A stretch of DNA of 64,000 nt from Acidimicrobiales bacterium (lineage in GTDB: Bacteria > Actinomycetota > Acidimicrobiia > Acidimicrobiales > UBA8190), in NCBI GenBank assembly GCA_035531775.1, contig DATKSG010000014.1:135-64134 (forward strand). Reading direction: 5' to 3'. Under the pieces are notes generated by a model, which worked only from the letters and a program-made list of their open reading frames with translations, did not search any database and was not told the DNA's origin. Each line of letters starts with the position of its first letter. Positions within the stretch are counted from its first letter, which is position 1. The position numbers were made by a program, and so were the translations under genes. This document shows, piece after piece, positions 47,835 through 59,559 of this stretch.

Positions 47835-47853
47835 GCGGGTCCTGAGAGACCCG
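47835..47853 (+). promoter_or_regulatory. Candidate PyrR-binding RNA hairpin in the pyrR leader
   Basis: Stem CGGGUC/GACCCG with loop CUGAGA. GUCCUGAGAGAC resembles the PyrR binding-loop consensus (UCCAGAGAGG). It lies 10 nt upstream of SD GAGGAG (47864-47869) and GTG 47874. Confidence 0.4.
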
Positions 47854-47873
47854 TACGGACGACGAGGAGTCTG

Positions 47874-48443
47874 GTGGCCGAGCGCGAACGCAGACTGACC
47901 CCACCGCGAGGTGGGGTCTTCGTTCCCCGGGTGCAGGTCCTCTCGGCCGAGGACGTCCACCGGGCTCTCATCCGTATCGCCCACGAGATCGTCGAGCGCA
48001 ACCACGGCCTCGAGGATGTGGTCATCGTCGGCTTGCAGACCGGCGGTGTCCCCCTGGCCCATCGCATCGGGCACGTCCTCGAAGAAGTGGAGAGCACCTC
48101 GGTGGCGGTGGGGATGCTCGACGTCGCTTTCTACCGCGACGACATCGGCATCCGCCCGGTGTTGCCCGAGGCCGTCACCGACATCCCCGGCGACCTGGCC
48201 GGCCAGCTGGTCGTGCTGGTCGACGACGTGCTGTTCACCGGCCGCACCGTGCGCGCCGCCCTGAATGCCCTGGCCGACTATGGAAGGGCGCGGGCTGTGC
48301 AGCTGGCCGTCATGGTCGACCGTGGACATCGCGAGTTGCCCATCCGGCCCGACTACGTGGGGAAGAACATTCCCACCCGCATCGACGAGCAGGTCGATGT
48401 GAGCCTTGACGGGGTCGTGCTCGGGGACGTCGTCCCCCGGTGA
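47874..48443 (+). CDS. pyrR: Bifunctional pyrimidine operon regulator / uracil phosphoribosyltransferase PyrR
   Basis: PRTase motif [18 protein letters not shown] and the PyrR-type N-terminus [17 protein letters not shown]. Confidence 0.9.
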   Translation: MAERERRLTPPRGGVFVPRVQVLSAEDVHRALIRIAHEIVERNHGLEDVVIVGLQTGGVPLAHRIGHVLEEVESTSVAVGMLDVAFYRDDIGIRPVLPEAVTDIPGDLAGQLVVLVDDVLFTGRTVRAALNALADYGRARAVQLAVMVDRGHRELPIRPDYVGKNIPTRIDEQVDVSLDGVVLGDVVPR

Positions 48444-48459
48444 CCGGGAGCCAGTTGCA

Positions 48460-49509
48460 GTGACCGGAGCCCCGGCCGGCGGCAGTCGGCATCTGCTGTC
48501 GGTGGCCGATCTCGGCGCCGAGGGCATCGAAGAGGTCATGCGCGTGGCCGATGCCTTCGTCGAGGTGGGCCGTCGCCCCATCCCCAAGGTCCCGGCCCTG
48601 CGTGGCCGCACCGTGGTGACGATGTTCGCCGAGGAGTCGACCCGCACACGCCTCTCCTTCGAGACCGCCGCCCGGCGCCTGTCGGCCGACGTGGTGAGCT
48701 TCCAGGTGGCTTCCTCGTCGGTTAAGAAGGGCGAGTCCCTGCGCGACACAGCCGAGACGGTGGCGGCCATGGGAGCCGACGCCTTCGTCGTGCGGCATCC
48801 GAGCGCCGGCGCCCCGGCCCAGGTGGCCCGGTGGGTGGACGCCGCCGTGGTGAACGCCGGCGACGGCTGGCACGAACACCCCACGCAGGCCCTGCTCGAC
48901 TGCTACACCATCCGCCAGGTGCTGGCCGAGCGGGCCGGCGGCGCACCGAGCATCGACTGTTTCAGGGGGCTCCGCGTGGCCATCGTGGGCGACGTCCGCC
49001 ACAGCCGGGTGGCCCGGTCGGGAGTTTTGGCGCTCGCAGCCCTGGGCGCCTCGGTCACGCTGGTGGCGCCCGGCACCCTGGTGCCGAGTTCGCTCGAGGG
49101 CTGGCCCATCGCCGGCGTGGCCCACGACCTCGACGGCGTGCTCGATTCGATCGACGTGTGCTACCTGCTTCGCCTCCAGCTCGAGCGAGGTGCGGGAGCC
49201 TTCGTGCCGTCGCTGCGGGAGTACACCGCCGCTTACGGGCTCACCGCCCGCCGGGCCGCCCGACTGGCCGAGGGGGCCCTGGTCATGCATCCCGGGCCCA
49301 TGAACCGCGGTGTCGAGATCGCCGACGAAGTGGCCGACTGGCCCCGTTCGGTGGTGTTGCGCCAGGTGGCCAACGGCATCGCCGTGCGCATGGCGGTGCT
49401 TTTTCTCCTTCTCGGCCATGGTGCAGGCTCCGACCCCGCCGCCCTGATGGCCGATGCCGCGGCCGAGTCCGCCGACGCCGTCGATGAGCGCCCTGGGGAC
49501 CGTCGGTGA
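48460..49509 (+). CDS. pyrB: Aspartate carbamoyltransferase catalytic subunit
   Basis: Motifs [20 protein letters not shown] and HPGPMNRG. The start is uncertain (GTG 48460 or GTG 48406). Confidence 0.9.
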   Translation: MTGAPAGGSRHLLSVADLGAEGIEEVMRVADAFVEVGRRPIPKVPALRGRTVVTMFAEESTRTRLSFETAARRLSADVVSFQVASSSVKKGESLRDTAETVAAMGADAFVVRHPSAGAPAQVARWVDAAVVNAGDGWHEHPTQALLDCYTIRQVLAERAGGAPSIDCFRGLRVAIVGDVRHSRVARSGVLALAALGASVTLVAPGTLVPSSLEGWPIAGVAHDLDGVLDSIDVCYLLRLQLERGAGAFVPSLREYTAAYGLTARRAARLAEGALVMHPGPMNRGVEIADEVADWPRSVVLRQVANGIAVRMAVLFLLLGHGAGSDPAALMADAAAESADAVDERPGDRR

Positions 49510-50840
49510 GCGCCCTCGCCATCATGGGTGGCACCGTGGTGGACGAGTCGGGGGAGCGTCCGGGCCACGTCCTGATCGAGGACGGCGTGGTGGTGGCCGC
49601 CGGGCCGGGCCTCGAGGTGCCGGCCGGCTGGCGGGTCCTCGATGCCGGCGGTTGCATGGTGTCCCCGGGGCTCGTGGACCTGCACACGCACCTGCGCCAA
49701 CCCGGAGCCGAGGAGGCCGAGACCGTCGAGTCCGGTTCGCGAGCGGCGGCCGCCGGTGGCTTCACGGCCGTGGTGGCCATGCCCAATACCGACCCGCCCA
49801 TCGACAGCGCCGCCGTGGCCCGCCAGGTGCTGGGTCTGGGGGAGGGGGCGCTGTGCCGGGTGGCGGTGGCCGGGGCCATCACCGTGGGGCGCGCCGGCGA
49901 GCGCTTGGCACCAATGGGGGAGATGGCCGCCCTGGGGGTGCGGCTCTTCACCGACGACGGAACCGGCGTGCAGGATGCCGCCGTCATGCGCCGGGCACTC
50001 GAGTACGCAGCCGGCCTGGGCCTCATCCTGGGGCAGCACTGCGAAGTCGAGGCCCTGGCCGCCGGAGGCGCCATGCACGAGGGCGCCTGGTCGAGCCGCC
50101 TCGGCGTTCCCGGGATCCCGGCCGAGGCCGAGGAGACGATGGTGGCGCGCGATATCGCCCTGGCCCGTCTGACCGGCGGACGGGTCCACTTCCTCCACCT
50201 CTCCACGGCCCGCTCGCTGGCACTGGTGGCGGCGGCCAAAGCCGAGGGGCTGGCCGTTACGGCCGAGGTGACACCGCACCATCTGTCGCTCACCGACGGC
50301 GAGCTGTTCGGGTACGACACCTTGTTCAAGGTCAACCCGCCGCTGCGTCCAGCCACCGACGTGGCCGCCCTGCGCCGCGCTTGCGCTGAAGGAGTGGTGG
50401 ACGCCGTGGCCACCGACCACGCCCCTCATCCGCCCGAGGCCAAGGACGCACCGCTCGACGTGGCTCCCCCCGGGATGCTCGGGCTCGAGACGGCCTTGTC
50501 CGTCACCTTGTCCGCCCTCGGCCCCGGAGCCGAGAGCGACGGAGTGGCGGTGCCCGCCGGGATGGTGCTGCGCGACGTCCTGGGCCTGCTGTCGTGGCGC
50601 CCGGCGCGCCTGGTGGGCTTGGACCCCGGCGCCGGGGGCGACCAAGGCGGCCCGGTGGAAGCAGGGTCGGCGGCCAACTTGTGCGTGTTCGACCCGGCCG
50701 CCACCTGGGAGGTGGAGGCGATGCGCTCGGCCAGTCGCAGCCGCAATACCCCGTGGGCCGGCCGGCGCCTCACCGGCCGGGTCCGCCACACCGTGTGCCG
50801 GGGGGAGGCCGTGGTGGTGGACGGCGAGGCACAGCGATGA
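49506..50840 (+). CDS. pyrC: Dihydroorotase
   Basis: Amidohydrolase metal-binding [11 protein letters not shown] and TDHAPH. GTGA overlap with pyrB. Confidence 0.9.
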   Translation: MSALAIMGGTVVDESGERPGHVLIEDGVVVAAGPGLEVPAGWRVLDAGGCMVSPGLVDLHTHLRQPGAEEAETVESGSRAAAAGGFTAVVAMPNTDPPIDSAAVARQVLGLGEGALCRVAVAGAITVGRAGERLAPMGEMAALGVRLFTDDGTGVQDAAVMRRALEYAAGLGLILGQHCEVEALAAGGAMHEGAWSSRLGVPGIPAEAEETMVARDIALARLTGGRVHFLHLSTARSLALVAAAKAEGLAVTAEVTPHHLSLTDGELFGYDTLFKVNPPLRPATDVAALRRACAEGVVDAVATDHAPHPPEAKDAPLDVAPPGMLGLETALSVTLSALGPGAESDGVAVPAGMVLRDVLGLLSWRPARLVGLDPGAGGDQGGPVEAGSAANLCVFDPAATWEVEAMRSASRSRNTPWAGRRLTGRVRHTVCRGEAVVVDGEAQR

Positions 50841-51943
50841 CGGCGGCACAGCGGCGGGCGGCGGCTCTGCTGGTGCTGGCTGACGGCGAGGTGTTCGAGG
50901 GCGAGGCGCTCGGCGCCGTGGCGCCCGGCGGGGTCTGCACGGGCGAGCTCGTGTTCAACACGGTGCTGTCGGGTTATCAGGAAGTGGTCACCGACCCGAG
51001 CTACGCCGGGCAGGTGGTGGCCTTCACCTATCCACACATCGGAAACTACGGGGTCACTGCCGACGACGACGAGGCCAAGCACCCGTGGTGCCGCGGCGTG
51101 GTCGTGCGCGACGTCCCGCCGAGGCCCTCGAGCTGGCGGGCCCAAGGCTCGCTCGAGGACTTCCTGGTGCGCCACGAAGTGCCCGGCATCACCGGCGTCG
51201 ACACCCGGCGCCTCACCCGCCACGTGCGCCGGGCCGGTGCCATCGGCTGCGCATTCGGAACGGCCGACGAGCGCACCCTGGCGGCGGCGGCAGCCGCCGA
51301 GGCGGGCACCACGGGCCAGGACCTGGTCTCGGCCGTGACCACCGACGCCCCTTACCAGCGCGGGTCGGGTGCGCTGCGGGTGGTGGCTTACGACTTCGGC
51401 GTCAAGGAGACCATGCTGCGTTGCCTGGGGGCCATGGCCACGGTGACGGTGGTGCCGGCCGGCTTTTCGGCCTCCGATGCCCTGGCCCTCGAGCCCGATG
51501 GCGTCTTCCTCTCCAACGGCCCCGGCGACCCGGCGGCCTTGGGCGGGCCGACGGCCACCATCGCCGAGCTGCTCGGCCGGGTGCCGGTGTTCGGGATCTG
51601 CCTGGGACATCAGCTCCTGGCCACCGCCCTCGGGGGCCGGACCTACAAGCTGCCCTTCGGGCACCACGGAGGCAACCACCCGGTGCGCCGCCTGGCCGGG
51701 GGCCAGGTGGAGATCACCAGCCAGAACCACAACTACGCCGTGGCCGAACAGTCCCTGACCCTAGGAGGGGCTCCGGTGGCCGAGGTGACCCACGTGAACT
51801 TGAACGACGGGGTGGTCGAGGGCATCCGGTCCACCACGGCAGCGGCCTTCGGCGTGCAGTACCACCCCGAAGCCGGCCCCGGGCCCCACGACGCCCGTTA
51901 CCTCTTCGACCAGTTCGCCGAGCTCATGGTCCGAGGGCGCTGA
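50837..51943 (+). CDS. carA: Carbamoyl-phosphate synthase small (glutaminase) subunit
   Basis: GATase triad region GICLGHQLL and QYHPE. ATGA overlap with pyrC. The ORF-track start at 50594 lies inside pyrC. Confidence 0.9.
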   Translation: MTAAQRRAAALLVLADGEVFEGEALGAVAPGGVCTGELVFNTVLSGYQEVVTDPSYAGQVVAFTYPHIGNYGVTADDDEAKHPWCRGVVVRDVPPRPSSWRAQGSLEDFLVRHEVPGITGVDTRRLTRHVRRAGAIGCAFGTADERTLAAAAAAEAGTTGQDLVSAVTTDAPYQRGSGALRVVAYDFGVKETMLRCLGAMATVTVVPAGFSASDALALEPDGVFLSNGPGDPAALGGPTATIAELLGRVPVFGICLGHQLLATALGGRTYKLPFGHHGGNHPVRRLAGGQVEITSQNHNYAVAEQSLTLGGAPVAEVTHVNLNDGVVEGIRSTTAAAFGVQYHPEAGPGPHDARYLFDQFAELMVRGR

Positions 51944-54900
51944 TGCCTCGGCGCACCGACATCGAGAGCATCCTGGTCATCGGCTCGGGCCCGATCGTCA
52001 TCGGCCAGGCGTGTGAGTTCGACTATTCCGGCAGCCAAGCGTGCCGCGTGCTCAAGGACGAGGGATATCGGGTGGTACTGGCCAACTCGAACCCGGCCAC
52101 CATCATGACTGACCCCGACCTGGCCCATCGCACCTATGTGGAGCCTCTCGACATCGAGATCCTCGAGGCCATCGTGCGGCGCGAGCGGCCCGATGCGCTG
52201 CTGCCCACGCTGGGGGGACAGACGGCGCTCAACCTGGCCATGGCGCTGGTACAGAGCGGCATACTCGACGAGTTCGGGGTGGAGCTCATCGGCGCCAGCG
52301 CCGAAGCCATCGCCACCGCCGAGGACCGCGACCAGTTCAAGACGGCCATGGAAGGCATCGGGCTCGAGGTGCCGTCGTCGGGCTTCGCCCACAACCTGGC
52401 CGAAGCACTGGTGGTGGGGGAGGAGATCGGCTTCCCTCTCATGATCCGACCGAGCTACATCCTGGGCGGCAGCGGGACCGGCACGGCCAGCGACCTCGAC
52501 GAGTTCCGCCGTCTGGCCGCCGAGGGCCTGGCTGCCAGCCCCGTGCAGCAGATCCTCATCGAGCGCTCCATCGCCGGGTGGAAGGAGTTCGAGCTCGAGG
52601 TCATGCGCGACCGCATGGACAACTGCGTCGTGGTGTGCTCCATCGAGAACCTCGACCCCATGGGGGTGCACACCGGCGACTCGATCACGGTGGCACCGGC
52701 CCAGACGCTGTCCGACGTCGAGTACCAGGCCATGCGCGACGACGCATTTGCCTGCATCCGCCGGGTCGGCGTGGAGACGGGGGGCTCGAACATCCAGTTC
52801 GCCGTGGACCCGAGCAGTGGGCGACGGCTCGTCATCGAGATGAACCCGCGCGTGTCGCGCTCGTCGGCGCTGGCCTCGAAGGCCACGGGATTCCCCATCG
52901 CCAAGATCGCCGCCCGCCTGGCCGTGGGCTACAGCCTCGACGAGATCGCCAACGACATCACCGGGGCCACTCCGGCCAGCTTCGAGCCGACCATCGACTA
53001 CGTGGTTACCAAGATCCCCCGCTGGGCCTTCGAGAAGCTGCCCGGGACCACCGACCGGTTGGGAACGAGGATGCAGTCGGTGGGCGAGGTCATGGCCATA
53101 GGGCGCACCTTCCCCGAATCACTGCAAAAAGCCATCCGGTCCCTGGAGCAAGGCCGCAGCGGCCTGAACGCCGACCGGGGCGAGCAGGCGTATGACCCCC
53201 TCGACGACGACGAGCTGGTGGCGCGGGCCGCCGAGCCCACCCCCGAGCGCGTTTTCCACCTGGAAGCCGCCCTGCGCCGCGGGATCGAGGTCGATGCCCT
53301 GGTCGAGGCCACCGGTGTGGACCGCTGGTTCCTCGACCAGCTGGCCACCGTAACGGCGGCCCGCCTGAGACTGGAGGAGCTGGCCGCCGGCGGGTCTGGC
53401 CTCGAGGCCATGGACCGCCGTACATGGCGGGATGCGAAGCGCCTCGGCTTCTCCGATGCCCAGTTGGCGTACCTGTTCTCGGGCGCCTCGGGCTCCGGCG
53501 GCGGCGGCACCGGAGGGCCGAGCGAGGCCGAGGCGCGCGCCGCTCGCCTGGCCCTCGGCGTGGAGGTCACCTTCAAGACGGTTGACACCTGTGGAGCCGA
53601 GTTCGAGGCCCACACCCCCTATCACTACGCCACCTATGAGGACGAGGACGAGGTCGCCCCCAGCACGAGGCCACGGGTCATCATCTTGGGATCGGGGCCC
53701 AACCGTATCGGCCAGGGCATCGAATTCGACTACTGCTGCGTCCACGCCAGCATGGCCCTGCGCCAAGCCGGCTACGAGACGGTCATGGTCAACTGCAACC
53801 CCGAGACGGTGTCCACCGACTACGACACCTCCGACCGCCTCTACTTCGAGCCGCTCACCGCCGAGGACGTGGCCAACGTGCTCGAGGCCGAGCAACGAGC
53901 CGGACAGGGGCCCGGCGGCGCGCCGGTGGTGGGCGTGGTGGTGAGCCTCGGAGGACAGACCCCGCTCAAGCTGGCACACGGCCTGCCGGCCGGGCTCGTG
54001 CTCGGCACGAGCCCGGCGTCGATAGACCTGGCCGAGGACCGCCAGCGGTGGAACGAGTTGTGCGAGCAACTCGGCATCCCGCAGCCGGCCGGCGGCACCG
54101 CCGTCAGTGTGGACGAGGCGTTGGCCGTGGCCCACAAGGTGGGCTACCCGGTGCTCGTGCGGCCGAGCTACGTCCTCGGGGGGCGGGCCATGGAGATCGT
54201 CTACGACGACGAGCGTCTGGCCCAGGTGGTGGCCGACCTGGCCGGCTCGCTGCGGCGCGAGGGCGGCACCCCCGAGCAGCGGCCGGTGCTGGTCGACCGC
54301 TTCCTCGAGGACGCCGTGGAGGTGGACGTGGACGCCGTGCGCGACGGGGCCGGCGAGGTGCTCATCGCCGGCATCATGGAGCACGTCGAGGAAGCCGGTG
54401 TCCACTCGGGTGACTCGGCGTGTGCCCTGCCGCCGCAGTCGCTCGACGCCGTGGTGATCGATCGCCTCGAGGCCCACACCCGCGCCATCGCCGAGGCGCT
54501 CGAGGTGGTCGGCTTGCTGAACGTGCAGTTCGCCGTCAAGGACCACACGGTCTACGTGCTCGAGGCCAATCCGCGCGCCAGTCGCACGGTGCCCTTCGTG
54601 GCCAAGGCCACCGGGGTGCCGGTGGCCAAGGTGGCGGCCCGGGTCATGGTGGGCGCCACGCTGGCGTCGTTGCGCCACGAGGGCCTGCTGCGGCCCCCGT
54701 CGCAAGGCGGGTACGTGAGCGTCAAGGAAGCGGTGCTGCCCTTCAGCCGGTTCCCCGGCGTCGACACCCTGCTCGGCCCCGAGATGCGCTCGACCGGCGA
54801 GGTGATGGGCGTGGGGGCCACCTTCGGCCTGGCCTTTGCCAAGAGCCAGATCGCCGCCGGCACCGCCCTGCCATCGGAGGGGACCGTCTTCCTGTCACTG

Positions 54901-55299
54901 GCCGACCGCGACAAGGCATCGGGCCTGGAGGCGGCGCGAGGGCTCGTGGCCCTGGGCTTCACCCTGGCCGCCACGTCGGGCACGGCCGCCTTCCTGGAGG
55001 CCAACGGGGTGGCCGTGGCCACGGTGGTGGCCAAGGTGGGAGAGACGGGCGCCGCCGATGCCGTGGAGCTCATCGCCTCCGGTCGGGTCCAGCTGGTGGT
55101 CAACACCCCGCGTGGCCGCGGTCCGCGTGCCGACGGCCTGCACATCCGGTCCACGGCGCTCGCCCATCAGGTCCCCTGTCTGACCACGGTGGCGGCGGCC
55201 CGCGCCGCGGCGGCGGGCATGGCCGATTGGCGACGGCACCACCTGTCGGTGGTGAGTCTGCAGGAAGTGCACGCCGAGGGCGCGCCGGACCAAGCGTGA
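51943..55299 (+). CDS. carB: Carbamoyl-phosphate synthase large subunit
   Basis: [33 protein letters not shown], duplicated ATP-grasp halves and an MGS-like C-domain. The ORF-track start at 51085 lies inside carA. Confidence 0.95.
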   Translation: MPRRTDIESILVIGSGPIVIGQACEFDYSGSQACRVLKDEGYRVVLANSNPATIMTDPDLAHRTYVEPLDIEILEAIVRRERPDALLPTLGGQTALNLAMALVQSGILDEFGVELIGASAEAIATAEDRDQFKTAMEGIGLEVPSSGFAHNLAEALVVGEEIGFPLMIRPSYILGGSGTGTASDLDEFRRLAAEGLAASPVQQILIERSIAGWKEFELEVMRDRMDNCVVVCSIENLDPMGVHTGDSITVAPAQTLSDVEYQAMRDDAFACIRRVGVETGGSNIQFAVDPSSGRRLVIEMNPRVSRSSALASKATGFPIAKIAARLAVGYSLDEIANDITGATPASFEPTIDYVVTKIPRWAFEKLPGTTDRLGTRMQSVGEVMAIGRTFPESLQKAIRSLEQGRSGLNADRGEQAYDPLDDDELVARAAEPTPERVFHLEAALRRGIEVDALVEATGVDRWFLDQLATVTAARLRLEELAAGGSGLEAMDRRTWRDAKRLGFSDAQLAYLFSGASGSGGGGTGGPSEAEARAARLALGVEVTFKTVDTCGAEFEAHTPYHYATYEDEDEVAPSTRPRVIILGSGPNRIGQGIEFDYCCVHASMALRQAGYETVMVNCNPETVSTDYDTSDRLYFEPLTAEDVANVLEAEQRAGQGPGGAPVVGVVVSLGGQTPLKLAHGLPAGLVLGTSPASIDLAEDRQRWNELCEQLGIPQPAGGTAVSVDEALAVAHKVGYPVLVRPSYVLGGRAMEIVYDDERLAQVVADLAGSLRREGGTPEQRPVLVDRFLEDAVEVDVDAVRDGAGEVLIAGIMEHVEEAGVHSGDSACALPPQSLDAVVIDRLEAHTRAIAEALEVVGLLNVQFAVKDHTVYVLEANPRASRTVPFVAKATGVPVAKVAARVMVGATLASLRHEGLLRPPSQGGYVSVKEAVLPFSRFPGVDTLLGPEMRSTGEVMGVGATFGLAFAKSQIAAGTALPSEGTVFLSLADRDKASGLEAARGLVALGFTLAATSGTAAFLEANGVAVATVVAKVGETGAADAVELIASGRVQLVVNTPRGRGPRADGLHIRSTALAHQVPCLTTVAAARAAAAGMADWRRHHLSVVSLQEVHAEGAPDQA

Positions 55300-56252
55300 C
55301 GCTCCGGCTCGGCCCCTTAGACCTGCGCACGGCGGTGGGCTCGGTCCCGCTGCCCAATCCGGTACTGAGCGCGGCCGGTACCTCGGGCCATGGTGCCGAG
55401 CTGGCCGCCTACGTCGACCTGGCCTCGCTTGGTGCGGTGGTGGTGAAGTCGCTGTCCGCCGAGCCCTGGGCCGGCAACGCAGCCCCGAGGGTGCACGAGA
55501 CGCCGGCAGGGATGCTCAACTCGGTCGGCCTGCAGGGCCCGGGCGTCGGGGCTTGGCGCGCCGAGGACCTGCCGGCGCTAGTCGATCGGGGGGCGCGGGT
55601 GGTGGTCAGCATCTGGGGGCGCCGGGTCGAGGACTTCGCACGAGCCGCCGCCTTGGTGGCCGGGGCGCCGTCGGTGGTGGCCGTCGAGGTGAACGTGAGC
55701 TGTCCCAATCTGGAGGATCGCAGCCGCATGTTCGCCCACTCGGCCACCGCCACTGCCGACGCGGTGGCCGCCAGCGCGGCGGCCGGCGTGCCGATGTGGG
55801 TGAAGCTCAGCCCTAACACCGCCGAGCTGCTCGAAATCGCCGGCGCCGCCCTCGACGCCGGGGCCGAGACCCTGGTGCTCGTGAACACGGTGCTCGGCAT
55901 GGCCATCGACATCGACCACCGCCGCTACGCGCTGGGCTCGGGGCCGGCCGGCGGAGGGCTGTCGGGCCCGGCCATCAGGCCTGTGGCGGTGCGCGCCGTG
56001 CACGACGCACGCGCCGCCTTCCCCGGCGCCGCCATCGTGGGCGTGGGCGGCGTGGGGCGCGGCGTCGACGCCGTGGAGCTGCTCATGGCCGGAGCCGATG
56101 CCGTGGAGGTCGGTACCGCCACCTTCCGAGACCCGCGGGCGCCGGCCCGGGTGCTCGCCGGCCTGACCCGCTGGTGCCGGCTCCATGGTGTTCGACAGGT
56201 CCGTGACATCATCGGCGTCGTGCACCGCCAAGGAAGCGATGAGGCTGGATAG
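55296..56252 (+). CDS. pyrD: Dihydroorotate dehydrogenase, class 1 type (Cys catalytic base)
   Basis: [17 protein letters not shown] motif, [14 protein letters not shown] overlap with carB. Confidence 0.85.
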   Translation: MTLRLGPLDLRTAVGSVPLPNPVLSAAGTSGHGAELAAYVDLASLGAVVVKSLSAEPWAGNAAPRVHETPAGMLNSVGLQGPGVGAWRAEDLPALVDRGARVVVSIWGRRVEDFARAAALVAGAPSVVAVEVNVSCPNLEDRSRMFAHSATATADAVAASAAAGVPMWVKLSPNTAELLEIAGAALDAGAETLVLVNTVLGMAIDIDHRRYALGSGPAGGGLSGPAIRPVAVRAVHDARAAFPGAAIVGVGGVGRGVDAVELLMAGADAVEVGTATFRDPRAPARVLAGLTRWCRLHGVRQVRDIIGVVHRQGSDEAG

Positions 56253-56979
56253 CGCCGAAGCGGCGCGCCGCCACCTGGCGCTGGCCCTCGACGTCGACGA
56301 CCTGGTGGTGGCGTTGCGCTTGGCCCGGCGCCTGCATCCGTGGTTCTCAGTGGCCAAGGTGGGCCTCGAGCTCTTCGGTGCGGCGGGGCCCGAGGCCGTG
56401 ACGGCGCTCGTGGCCGAGGGCTACCTGGTGTTCTTGGACCTCAAGTTGCACGACATCCCGACAACTGTGCGCCGGGCGGCCAGGGTCATCGGGGCCCTTG
56501 GGGCCACCTATACCACCGTCCACACCCAGGGGGGCCTGGCCATGGTGGCGGCGGCGGTGGAGGGCATGGCCGAGGGGGCAGCCGGGGCCGGAGCCCCACC
56601 ACCGTGGGTGCTCGGGGTCACCGTCCTCACCAGCGACGTCGAGGCCCCGCCGCAGGCGCTCGAGGCCCGGGCCACCCTGGCGGCCCAGGCTGGGTGCGGG
56701 GGCATCGTGTGCGCAGCGGGCGATCTGGAGATCACGCGGCACGTGGTGCCGGCTCTGATCAAGGTGGTTCCCGGGATCCGGCCCTCGGGGGTGTCGGCCG
56801 ACGACCAGGCGCGAACGGCTACACCGGCGGTGGCGCTTTCGGCCGGTGCCGACCTTCTGGTCCTCGGGCGGGCCGTGACGGCGGCGCCCGACCCCGAGGC
56901 GCTGTCCGTCGCCATCACCGAAGAGCTCATAGGTGCGTCGCAGCGTGTGGCGGGTGACCCCCTTCGACGAGGACGCTAA
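56239..56979 (+). CDS. pyrF: Orotidine 5'-phosphate decarboxylase
   Basis: LALALDVDD, FLDLKLHDIPTTV and a C-terminal GRAV motif. ATG 56239 has AAGGAAG upstream and overlaps pyrD by 14 nt. Confidence 0.85.
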   Translation: MRLDSAEAARRHLALALDVDDLVVALRLARRLHPWFSVAKVGLELFGAAGPEAVTALVAEGYLVFLDLKLHDIPTTVRRAARVIGALGATYTTVHTQGGLAMVAAAVEGMAEGAAGAGAPPPWVLGVTVLTSDVEAPPQALEARATLAAQAGCGGIVCAAGDLEITRHVVPALIKVVPGIRPSGVSADDQARTATPAVALSAGADLLVLGRAVTAAPDPEALSVAITEELIGASQRVAGDPLRRGR

Positions 56980-56989
56980 GGTGGCCGAC

Positions 56990-57310
56990 ATGCCGCAACC
57001 TCCCGCACTTACGCCCGAGCAGCGCCAGGCGGCGCTGGACAAGGCTGCCAAGGTCCGCCGTGAGCGGGCCGAGGTGAAGGAGAAACTGAAGATGGGCTCG
57101 ATCACCTTGACCGAGCTCCTCGACCGCTCCGACAAGGAGGAGACGGTCGGCAAGATGAAGGTGATCTCGGTGCTCGAGTCCCTTCCCGGCCTGGGCAAGG
57201 TGAAGGCGCGCCGACTCATGGAATCGGTGGGGATCAGCGAGAGCCGCCGCCTGCAAGGCCTCGGTGTCAACCAGCGCGAGGCATTGCTGGCGTACACCAG
57301 GAAGTCCTGA
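56990..57310 (+). CDS. mihF: Actinobacterial integration host factor mIHF
   Basis: ALTPEQRQAALDKAAKVRRERAEVKEKLK...VISVLESLPGLGKVKARRLME. Canonical position before gmk-rpoZ. Confidence 0.85.
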   Translation: MPQPPALTPEQRQAALDKAAKVRRERAEVKEKLKMGSITLTELLDRSDKEETVGKMKVISVLESLPGLGKVKARRLMESVGISESRRLQGLGVNQREALLAYTRKS

Positions 57311-57893
57311 TCCTCTCCTGATCGCCGTAATCTCCGGTCCCGGCGGGGCGGGGAAGGGCACCGTCGCCTTTCGTCTCGTCCAACGCGATCCCACGTGGTG
57401 GTTGAGTCGTTCGTGGACGACGCGACGGCGCCGCCCGGGTGAGGATCCCGAGGCGTACACCTTCGTCGACCGCGCCACCTTCGACGAGCGGGTGGCTGCT
57501 GGCGGCTTCCTCGAGTGGGCCGAGTTCCTCGGGCACCGCTACGGCACCCCGTGGCCCAACCCCCCGTCGGGTCGAGACGTGCTGCTCGAGATCGACCTGC
57601 AAGGGGCTCGCCAGGTGCTCGACCAGGACCCCCACGCCGTGGTGGTGTTGCTGTTGCCGCCCTCGGCCGACATACAGGCCGAGCGCCTACGGCGCCGTGG
57701 TGACGACGAAGCGGAGGTGGCTCGCCGCCTGGCCAAGGGGGCGGAGGAGGAGCGCCTGGGGCGCCGGCTCACCAGCCTGGTGGTGGTGAACGACGACGTC
57801 GATCGGGCTGTGGCCGAAGTGGCCGGTATACTGGATCTCCATCGCAAGACCGCCCCGGCGTCACCGGGCGGCGAACCTCCCAGAGGAGCCTGA
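57264..57893 (+). CDS. gmk: Guanylate kinase
   Basis: P-loop ISGPGGAGKGTV and EWAEFLGHRYGTP. The only canonical start (GTG 57264) overlaps mihF by 47 nt. Confidence 0.85.
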   Translation: MSTSARHCWRTPGSPDPLLIAVISGPGGAGKGTVAFRLVQRDPTWWLSRSWTTRRRRPGEDPEAYTFVDRATFDERVAAGGFLEWAEFLGHRYGTPWPNPPSGRDVLLEIDLQGARQVLDQDPHAVVVLLLPPSADIQAERLRRRGDDEAEVARRLAKGAEEERLGRRLTSLVVVNDDVDRAVAEVAGILDLHRKTAPASPGGEPPRGA

Positions 57894-58267
57894 TGGCCCA
57901 GCGCCGCCCCACGCTCATGGACCCCCCCATCGAGGACCTTCTCGACAAGGTCGACTCGAAGTTCACCCTGGTGGCCCTGTCGGCCAAGCGGGCCCGGCAG
58001 GTGAACTCGTACTACAACCAACTCGGCGAGGGCATGGGCGTGGTCGTTCCCCCTCAGGTGACCTCGGTGTCGGGCAAGCCCCTCACCATCGCCTTCGAGG
58101 AGATCGCCGCCGGCAAGGCCACATATCACCGCATCGACCCCGAAGCCGACCCCGAAGCCGAAGCCGAAGTCGAAGCCGAAGCCGAAGAGAGTGTCGTGGC
58201 CGAGGGTGACGCCGAGGTGGTGGGCCTGAGCGCCGGCGAGGCCGACACGCCGGAGCCCGGCGCATAG
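57893..58267 (+). CDS. rpoZ: DNA-directed RNA polymerase subunit omega, with an acidic repeat C-terminal tail
   Basis: DLLDKVDSKFTLVALSAKRARQVNSY. SD GAGGAG upstream. Tail DPEADPEAEAEVEAEAEE. Confidence 0.85.
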   Translation: MAQRRPTLMDPPIEDLLDKVDSKFTLVALSAKRARQVNSYYNQLGEGMGVVVPPQVTSVSGKPLTIAFEEIAAGKATYHRIDPEADPEAEAEVEAEAEESVVAEGDAEVVGLSAGEADTPEPGA

Positions 58268-58308
58268 CGCTGTCGCCGGCCGCCCCGCCGAGTCGGGAGC
58301 AGCAGACC

Positions 58309-59559
58309 ATGCAACGATCGGCATCCGCCAAGTGCGTCGTGCTCGGAGTGACCGGCGGCATCGCCGCCTACAAGGCGGTGGAGTTATGCCGCCGCCTTGT
58401 TGACGCCGGCGCCCACGTGGTCCCGGTCATGACGGCCGACGCCACCCGCTTCGTGGGGGAGGTGACGTTCTCGGCGCTGGCGTCGGAACCGGTGCAGCGC
58501 AGCTTGTGGGACGAGTCGGACCCCATTCCCCACACGCGCCTGGGCCAGAGCGCCGATGTCATCGTGGTGGCCCCGGCCACCGCCCGCTTCATCGGCGCCT
58601 ATGCCCACGGGCTGTCTGACGACCTCCTGAGCGCCACCGTGCTGGCCACGCGCGCCCCGGTGGTGGTTTGTCCGGCCATGCACACCGAGATGTGGGAGCA
58701 CCCAGCGGTGCAGGAGAACCTGGCCACTTTGCGCCGCCGCGGTGTGCACGTGGTCGATCCCGCTGAAGGCCGACTGGCTGGGGGAGACGTGGGCACGGGC
58801 CGGCTGGCCGACGTGGACGACATCGTCGGCGTTGTCCTGTCTGTGCTGTCGGGCGCCGATGCCCCGGCTCGGGACGACTTTCGGGGACGCCGGGTACTGG
58901 TGAGCGCCGGAGGCACGCGCGAGCCGATCGACGCCGTGCGTGTCATCACCAATCGGTCATCGGGCAAACAGGGTCATGCCGTGGCCGAGGCGGCGGCGCG
59001 CCGGGGGGCCGATGTGGTGCTGGTGACCACCACCGACCGCAGGCCGCCCCCGGGCGTCACCGTGGTGGCGGTGGAGACGGCGGCATCGATGGAACACGCC
59101 ATGCTGGCCGAAGCCGAGCATGCCGACGTGATCATCATGGCCGCCGCCGTGGCCGACTTCCGGCCCAAGGTGCGCGCCGCGGCGAAGCTCGCTAAGTCCG
59201 AGGGAGTGCCCGACGTGGTGCTCGAGCCCACCTCTGACATCCTGGCCGAATTGGGGCGGCGCCGGCGCCCAGGCCAGGTGCTGGTGGGTTTCGCCGCCGA
59301 GACCGGCGACGTAACCGAGCGGGCTCGGGCCAAGCTGGCGTCCAAGGGGATCGACCTCATCGTAGCCAACGACGTCTCTGCCGCCGGCGTCGGATTTGAC
59401 CATGACACCAACGCGGTGAGCATCCTGGGAGCAGATGGAAGCCGGCGCGATGTTGGGCTCACCTCCAAAGAGGCGGTGGCCGAGGCGGTGCTCGACGCCG
59501 TGGTGGCCCTGGGTGGGCCGCCGGCGGCCGACAGCAGCAGAACGAGGAGAGCAAAGTGA
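58309..59559 (+). CDS. coaBC: Bifunctional phosphopantothenoylcysteine decarboxylase / phosphopantothenate--cysteine ligase
   Basis: Flavoprotein N-domain ([24 protein letters not shown]) plus the CoaB domain ([10 protein letters not shown]). Confidence 0.9.
   Translation: MQRSASAKCVVLGVTGGIAAYKAVELCRRLVDAGAHVVPVMTADATRFVGEVTFSALASEPVQRSLWDESDPIPHTRLGQSADVIVVAPATARFIGAYAHGLSDDLLSATVLATRAPVVVCPAMHTEMWEHPAVQENLATLRRRGVHVVDPAEGRLAGGDVGTGRLADVDDIVGVVLSVLSGADAPARDDFRGRRVLVSAGGTREPIDAVRVITNRSSGKQGHAVAEAAARRGADVVLVTTTDRRPPPGVTVVAVETAASMEHAMLAEAEHADVIIMAAAVADFRPKVRAAAKLAKSEGVPDVVLEPTSDILAELGRRRRPGQVLVGFAAETGDVTERARAKLASKGIDLIVANDVSAAGVGFDHDTNAVSILGADGSRRDVGLTSKEAVAEAVLDAVVALGGPPAADSSRTRRAK

Noticed and set aside
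55296-56252. A class-1 (Cys-base, NVSCPN) pyrD in the pyr operon without an adjacent pyrK electron-transfer subunit.
   Set aside because: A pyrD between carB and pyrF appears, from memory, to be the normal actinobacterial (for example Streptomyces) operon layout. It is probably ordinary for the lineage rather than a novelty.
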